Shown here: in pieces, positions 36,702 to 40,954 of the stretch
How the letters are laid out: every line of letters begins with the position of its first letter
How positions within the stretch are numbered: the stretch's first letter is position 1
DNA from: a virus
Virus record (IMG/VR): IMGVR_UViG_3300001528_000272
Location: 1-40,954 of that record
DNA length: 40,954 bases
Direction: 5' to 3' (one strand)
Program-made: the position numbers and the translations under genes
Notes under the pieces: model-generated
Databases searched by the model: none
What the model saw: only the letters and a program-made list of their open reading frames with translations
What the model was told of the DNA's origin: nothing

Positions 36702-36843
36702 TAAAGCACTAAAAGAATTAAAAAAACATAAATACAAGATACCTAAAAATACATATAAGACAATGAGAGGTCAAATACTTTCAGGGGATATAGAAGGATT
36801 TTATAAAGGCTTAAATAGAATGCTTCAAATAGTAAAAAAGTAG
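36694..36843 (+). CDS. Small basic protein, 49 aa, not in supplied track
   Basis: MVNKALKELKKHKYKIPKNTYKTMRGQILSGDIEGFYKGLNRMLQIVKK; overlaps MTase stop. Confidence 0.55.
   Translation: MVNKALKELKKHKYKIPKNTYKTMRGQILSGDIEGFYKGLNRMLQIVKK
36824..36836 (+). repeat. TTCAAATARTAAA motif copy 10
   Basis: exact; immediately 5' of the replication promoter. Confidence 0.9.
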
Positions 36844-36872
36844 TTGACACAATTGTAAATAAATGGTAAAAT
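36844..36872 (+). promoter_or_regulatory. Sigma-A-like promoter TTGACA-17-TAAAAT
   Basis: 36844-36849 and 36867-36872. Confidence 0.75.
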
Positions 36873-36878
36873 GATATT

Positions 36879-36965
36879 GTTAAGGGTAGCATGAAGAGTA
36901 TTTATACACAGCCCACAGGCTATCCTTAACAAATAATTTGTGGGTTGTGTATAGGTACTCTTTTT
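36879..36965 (+). promoter_or_regulatory. Transcription attenuator: leader peptide MKSIYTQPTGYP (36891-36929) with competing anti-terminator and terminator structures
   Basis: Anti-terminator GTTAAGGGTAGC (36879-36890) / GCTATCCTTAAC (36919-36930); terminator AAGAGTATTTATACACAGCCCACA (36894-36917) / TGTGGGTTGTGTATAGGTACTCTT (36939-36962), U-tract. Confidence 0.85.
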
Positions 36966-36994
36966 ACATACCTAGAAAGGATAAGGACAAGGAT

Positions 36995-37702
36995 ATGAGT
37001 AGAATAAAAAATGAAAATTATATAACCATACAAGGTTGGATGATTAATGAACTGAATTTAAAAGGTAACGAATTAATTATATACTCTATCATTTATGGCT
37101 TTAGTCAAGCCGAAAATCAATTATATAATGGCTCACTTCAATATTTGGCTGATTGGACTAATTCCACTAAACAGGGTGTAATGAAAAATTTAAAATCATT
37201 AGTTAATAAAGGTTATATTGGCAAAATTGACAAAATAATTAATGGTGTTAAATTTTGTGAATACTATGCAACAAAGTTTAATGGGGTGGTAAACAAAGTT
37301 GAACAGGGTATGCAACAAAGTTTAATGGGGGGTATGCAACAAAGTTTACCTAATAATAATATTATTAATAATAATAGTAATATTAATAATAATAAAGAAG
37401 AAAGAAAGAAAACATCTTACGATGAAATTCTAAATTCTATGGTTGAAGATAACGATGTCAAAAATACTATTTGCGACTATATAAAAATGAGACAGTTAAT
37501 AAAAAAACCTATGACAGATAGAGCATTAACAATGTTAATTAATAAACTATGTAAGTTGTCAAATAGTAAACAAATTCAAATTAAAATATTGGAAAAATCC
37601 ATATTAAAAAACTGGACCGATATTTATCCATATAAGGAGGAAGATAATAGTGCAGGCTATCAAGGAAATGTTGAATCAGACTTATCCAAGTACGATAGAT
37701 AG
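36995..37702 (+). CDS. Replication initiator/replisome organizer-like protein (winged HTH)
   Basis: Same frame as track ORF 36938-37702, whose first codons lie in the terminator; IQGWMINELNLKGNELIIYSIIYGFSQ...YLADWTNSTKQGVMKNLKSLVNKGYI. Confidence 0.8.
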   Translation: MSRIKNENYITIQGWMINELNLKGNELIIYSIIYGFSQAENQLYNGSLQYLADWTNSTKQGVMKNLKSLVNKGYIGKIDKIINGVKFCEYYATKFNGVVNKVEQGMQQSLMGGMQQSLPNNNIINNNSNINNNKEERKKTSYDEILNSMVEDNDVKNTICDYIKMRQLIKKPMTDRALTMLINKLCKLSNSKQIQIKILEKSILKNWTDIYPYKEEDNSAGYQGNVESDLSKYDR

Positions 37703-38552
37703 TAACATAGATGAAAATGGGAATGTCATTTTGTCAAAATTCAGTTTAGGAGAAAATGAATACATAAAAGATAATATGATCTATTGTACTGTATGCAATC
37801 AAAAAAAATTGTTTGTAGGCAATGATTGGAGAGGTAAATTGATTGCCAGGAGATGTGTTTGTAAATGCTATGCAGAAGAACAACAAAGGCTTAAAGAGGA
37901 AGAAGATAGAAGAAAAAGATTACTAAGAATAGAAAAACTAAAAGATAGATCACTAATAGATAAACGATATAAAAATATAAGATTTTCTGATTTAGATTTA
38001 ACAAATAGAAGTTTTGCAGAAGCATTTAACAGATGTAAAAAATATTGTGATGTTTCATGTGAAGTATTTAACAAGGGATATGGCATTTATCTTTATGGGA
38101 ATTCTGGAGTGGGTAAAACAGTATTAACCGCTTGCATGGCTAACGAATTAATGGAAAAGGAATATTCAGTATTATTTACTAACTTCTATGAGATTTTAAA
38201 ATCAATAAGAAATACATACAATTCTAAATCAACAGAAACAGATGATAATGTTATTAACAGCATTGCGGATGTGGATTTCTTATTCATAGATGATTTAGGG
38301 ACAGAAAGTTTATCTAAAAATAGTGGCGATAATTTTAGTCAAGATAAGATTTTTGAAATCATTAACAAAAGATATAACAAAGAAAAGCCTACTATATTTA
38401 GTAGCAACTACTCTATTAAAGATTTAGTAGGAAGTAGAAACTTTATGGATAAAACAGTAGACAGGATCAATGAAATGGCAACGGCAGTAATAGAAATAAA
38501 AGGTGAAAGTTATAGAGTAAAAAAAGTAAGAAATGAGGAGGTGTTATTCTAA
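37650..38552 (+). CDS. DnaC-like helicase loader ATPase
   Basis: GIYLYGNSGVGKTVLTACMANEL, VDFLFIDDLGTE, SSNYSIKDL. Confidence 0.9.
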   Translation: MQAIKEMLNQTYPSTIDSNIDENGNVILSKFSLGENEYIKDNMIYCTVCNQKKLFVGNDWRGKLIARRCVCKCYAEEQQRLKEEEDRRKRLLRIEKLKDRSLIDKRYKNIRFSDLDLTNRSFAEAFNRCKKYCDVSCEVFNKGYGIYLYGNSGVGKTVLTACMANELMEKEYSVLFTNFYEILKSIRNTYNSKSTETDDNVINSIADVDFLFIDDLGTESLSKNSGDNFSQDKIFEIINKRYNKEKPTIFSSNYSIKDLVGSRNFMDKTVDRINEMATAVIEIKGESYRVKKVRNEEVLF

Positions 38553-38917
38553 TGACAGATAAAGAAATTAAAATGTGGCAAGATGATTTAGACATGATTG
38601 AAATGTTAAGAAAAGAAAATGAAAAATTAAAGAAACAATATTGTGAAAGAACTGATTGCAGTGGAAGAATTGGAAATAGCAAAAAAGTTGAAGAATTACA
38701 ACAAAGAATTGACTATTTAGAACGAAGTAATAACAGAAGAGAAAGTACTATTTTAGAATTACGAGAAGAAATTACTGAAAAAGATACAAAAATTAATAAG
38801 GCAATAGAGGAATTAAAAAAAGGACTACACGAATTAGATATAAGAAAAAAAGAAGAAATTTATATAGAGCAATATCTTGAAAATGCAGTGGATATATTAA
38901 AAGAGGTGTCAGAATGA
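38552..38917 (+). CDS. Coiled-coil paralog family member (AIEEL...AVDILKEVSE)
   Basis: C-terminal signature. Confidence 0.6.
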   Translation: MTDKEIKMWQDDLDMIEMLRKENEKLKKQYCERTDCSGRIGNSKKVEELQQRIDYLERSNNRRESTILELREEITEKDTKINKAIEELKKGLHELDIRKKEEIYIEQYLENAVDILKEVSE

Positions 38918-39234
38918 AACCATTAACTTTGGAAGAAACAAGTTTAAAAGAAGAAATGAAAGCAAGAACACTCATTTTTGGTGAATACACCGATCCAAAA
39001 GCAAAAGATAAATTCAATGTGTTATGCCATTTAGAAGATTTTGAAATCGAGTGTTGGGAATTAGAAAAAGAGAATAAAAAATTAAAAAAAGTAATTAGTA
39101 AAGCAATAAATAAATTAAAGCAACTAGATAAACAAGTTCAAAATGGTTTATGTAAGGAAAATTACATGGGTGGTGCTAGAACTAAGAACTTAATTAACGA
39201 GTTAAAAGATATATTAAAGGAGGTGTCAGAATGA
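38914..39234 (+). CDS. Coiled-coil paralog family member
   Basis: KAINKLKQL...LINELKDILKEVSE. Confidence 0.6.
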   Translation: MKPLTLEETSLKEEMKARTLIFGEYTDPKAKDKFNVLCHLEDFEIECWELEKENKKLKKVISKAINKLKQLDKQVQNGLCKENYMGGARTKNLINELKDILKEVSE

Positions 39235-39458
39235 ATTTAGACGATATAAGAAATATGTCAGATTTAGAGTTGACGAGATATTTAAATAATGTATCTCAAA
39301 GAAACGCTCAAATATGTTGTAAATGCAGGAAAGTTACTATTAAGGAAAATAGAATAGGAATTTACACATATAAGGGTTGCGATAACAAAAAATTATGTAC
39401 ATTGTGTAAAGATTGCTATAGTGATTTATTAGATTACTTGGAAATAGCAGATAATTAA
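39231..39458 (+). CDS. Small zinc-finger-like protein
   Basis: CCKCRK...CTLCKDC. Confidence 0.6.
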   Translation: MNLDDIRNMSDLELTRYLNNVSQRNAQICCKCRKVTIKENRIGIYTYKGCDNKKLCTLCKDCYSDLLDYLEIADN

Positions 39459-39471
39459 AGGAGGAAACTAA

Positions 39472-40206
39472 ATGAGTATATATGAAGCGAGTATAACTAA
39501 TCCTAAAAAGCAACTAGAATTTTATAAAGATTTATCAGAACAATTACAACGAGAAAATAAAAACTTGAAGAAACAACTTGAAGAAAGAAAATATTATAAA
39601 TTTTATAAATATGAAAATAATCCAAACGGTAGTGATTATTGTTATTGTCAGAGACCTTGCGATAGTAATATGAGTTTAAATTGCTTCTTTGAAAACGGAG
39701 AGATATGTGGTTTTATGAGTGAAACTTTAGTTAGTAAGTATGATGATATTAAAGAAATATCTTTTGAGGAATTTGCACACGATTTTATTAAACCATTAAT
39801 CAATATTAGTTTTCAAAATAATAAACAACAAAAAGAGTTTATAAAGTATTTAGAAGATAAAATAAAAAAAGAACAAAAAGATTTGAATGATTTATGTGAT
39901 TTATATAAAATACCAAAAAATAATAATAGTTCCTATAAATTTGTATATAGTTTTATACATGAAATGGAAGAAATCTTACAAAAATATAAAGAAATAATAT
40001 CTGATAAAGATGCTTCAAATAGTAGAAAAGTTTGTAAAGAAATAGAATGGTTAGAAACTAATCTTAATAAAAATGGGGTATACCGCTTTGAAATGAATGG
40101 TCCATTAATAGACTGGTTTCATAAAAAAAGTGGAAACCATCTAGGAACATTTTATGTTGATATGATAAGAAAAATGTTGGAAAAAGAAGGAGGAGATAAT
40201 AAATGA
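39472..40206 (+). CDS. Coiled-coil hypothetical protein
   Basis: ORF. Confidence 0.55.
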   Translation: MSIYEASITNPKKQLEFYKDLSEQLQRENKNLKKQLEERKYYKFYKYENNPNGSDYCYCQRPCDSNMSLNCFFENGEICGFMSETLVSKYDDIKEISFEEFAHDFIKPLINISFQNNKQQKEFIKYLEDKIKKEQKDLNDLCDLYKIPKNNNSSYKFVYSFIHEMEEILQKYKEIISDKDASNSRKVCKEIEWLETNLNKNGVYRFEMNGPLIDWFHKKSGNHLGTFYVDMIRKMLEKEGGDNK

Positions 40207-40319
40207 ATATATTTGAATTTATATTTGCAGTGATATGTGTAATAGTTCTTGGAATAATAGCATTAGTATATCTTGCTGGTAAATATAATATGTTAGAAAG
40301 TAAGAAAAAAAATAAGTAG
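40203..40319 (+). CDS. 38-aa membrane peptide
   Basis: MNIFEFIFAVICVIVLGIIALVYLAGKYNMLESKKKNK. Confidence 0.5.
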   Translation: MNIFEFIFAVICVIVLGIIALVYLAGKYNMLESKKKNK

Positions 40320-40330
40320 GAGGAAATATT

Positions 40331-40606
40331 ATGAGTTATACAGATAATGATGTACAAGCAATAGTAGATACAAAAACAGAGCAATTGCAAAAGGAAATAT
40401 CTCTATTAAAAGAAGAGTACCAGGTATTAAAAGTAACAAGCGAACAAATAGAGGAAGATCAAGCAAGAAGAATATATGAATTGCAGCAAAAAATTACAAA
40501 AGCAATCGAATATGTTAATAAACCATGGGGATTAGCAGAACCTAAAGATGGAGAAAAAGATCATCAATATAAAAAAGAATTATTAAATATTTTAAGGGAG
40601 GAATAA
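40331..40606 (+). CDS. Coiled-coil paralog family member
   Basis: QKITKAIEYVNKPWGL...KKELLNILREE. Confidence 0.6.
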   Translation: MSYTDNDVQAIVDTKTEQLQKEISLLKEEYQVLKVTSEQIEEDQARRIYELQQKITKAIEYVNKPWGLAEPKDGEKDHQYKKELLNILREE

Positions 40607-40627
40607 TTGTAAAGTAGTAGGTGGTAT

Positions 40628-40954
40628 ATGGAACAAAGGAAATTAACAAAAAGTCAGGAGGACATGGTTTTAAAAAATGAATGCATTATTTATGATGTAT
40701 TAAAGAAAATGAATTTATATAGACACCTAGGAGATTATTATGATATTGGAGCAATTGGATTAGTCAAAGGAGCAATAACCTTTGATGAAAGTAAGGGGTA
40801 TGCAGTTTCAACATATCTATATAGATGTGTGAGAAATGAAATATTATTACATATTAGAAAAGAAAATAGTGTAAAAAATAAATCTAATAAAAATACATTA
40901 TCATATGATTATGCTTATAACAATGATGATAAAGATGAATTAGAATTTAGTAAT
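40628..40954 (+). CDS. RNA polymerase sigma factor-like protein, cut by window end
   Basis: DYYDIGAIGLVKGAITFDESKGYAVSTYLYRCVRNEILLHIRKEN (region-2-like). Confidence 0.85.
   Translation, partial: MEQRKLTKSQEDMVLKNECIIYDVLKKMNLYRHLGDYYDIGAIGLVKGAITFDESKGYAVSTYLYRCVRNEILLHIRKENSVKNKSNKNTLSYDYAYNNDDKDELEFSN

Noticed and set aside
1-40954. Alternative genetic code (recoded TAG or TGA)
   Set aside because: TAA, TAG and TGA all terminate genes directly before well-placed RBS/start signals.
1-40954. CRISPR array, tRNA or rRNA genes
   Set aside because: No regularly spaced repeats or cloverleaf/rRNA signatures noticed; the dispersed 13-bp motif is irregularly spaced over kilobases. A tRNAscan-SE run was not possible.

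Overview
AT-rich, almost gap-free phage genome window (temperate siphophage of a low-GC Firmicute-like host). No host DNA is evident. Left to right: terminase, portal, protease, HK97-type capsid, an inserted glycosyltransferase, connectors, tail tube, a tail chaperone with a probable -1 frameshift, tape measure, Dit/tail-lysin-like proteins, receptor-binding-like protein, holin and lysin (about 0.45-18 kb). Next come small coiled-coil and membrane ORFs, an orphan HicB-like gene, and a coupled SNF2-like helicase / IbrA-like PP-loop / IbrB-like ParB cassette (21.4-24.5 kb). A minus-strand large serine recombinase is followed immediately by a complete attP-like dyad, then divergent XRE repressors and an SSB-like protein. 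These are followed by a tyrosine recombinase next to HsdM and a half-HsdS, a ParB-domain DNA methyltransferase, a replication initiator, a DnaC-like loader and a sigma-factor fragment. Most notable non-coding signals: (1) a 13-bp asymmetric motif TTCAAATARTAAA, 10 exact + strand copies, mostly in tiny intergenic gaps just after stop codons, with variants flanking the cI/cro-like promoter and a reverse copy ahead of the minus-strand integrase, resembling a stoperator network; (2) a leader-peptide attenuator with mutually exclusive hairpins before the replication initiator; (3) three copies of a ~70-nt leader with an invariant hairpin; (4) two copies of another promoter/leader with an AGGTTA-RGAGA-TAACCT hairpin; (5) a textbook AAAAAAC frameshift site plus 8-bp stem in the tail chaperone gene; (6) a 46-bp attP dyad centred on CT. 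Functional names are from recognition of protein sequence only; no database search was run.
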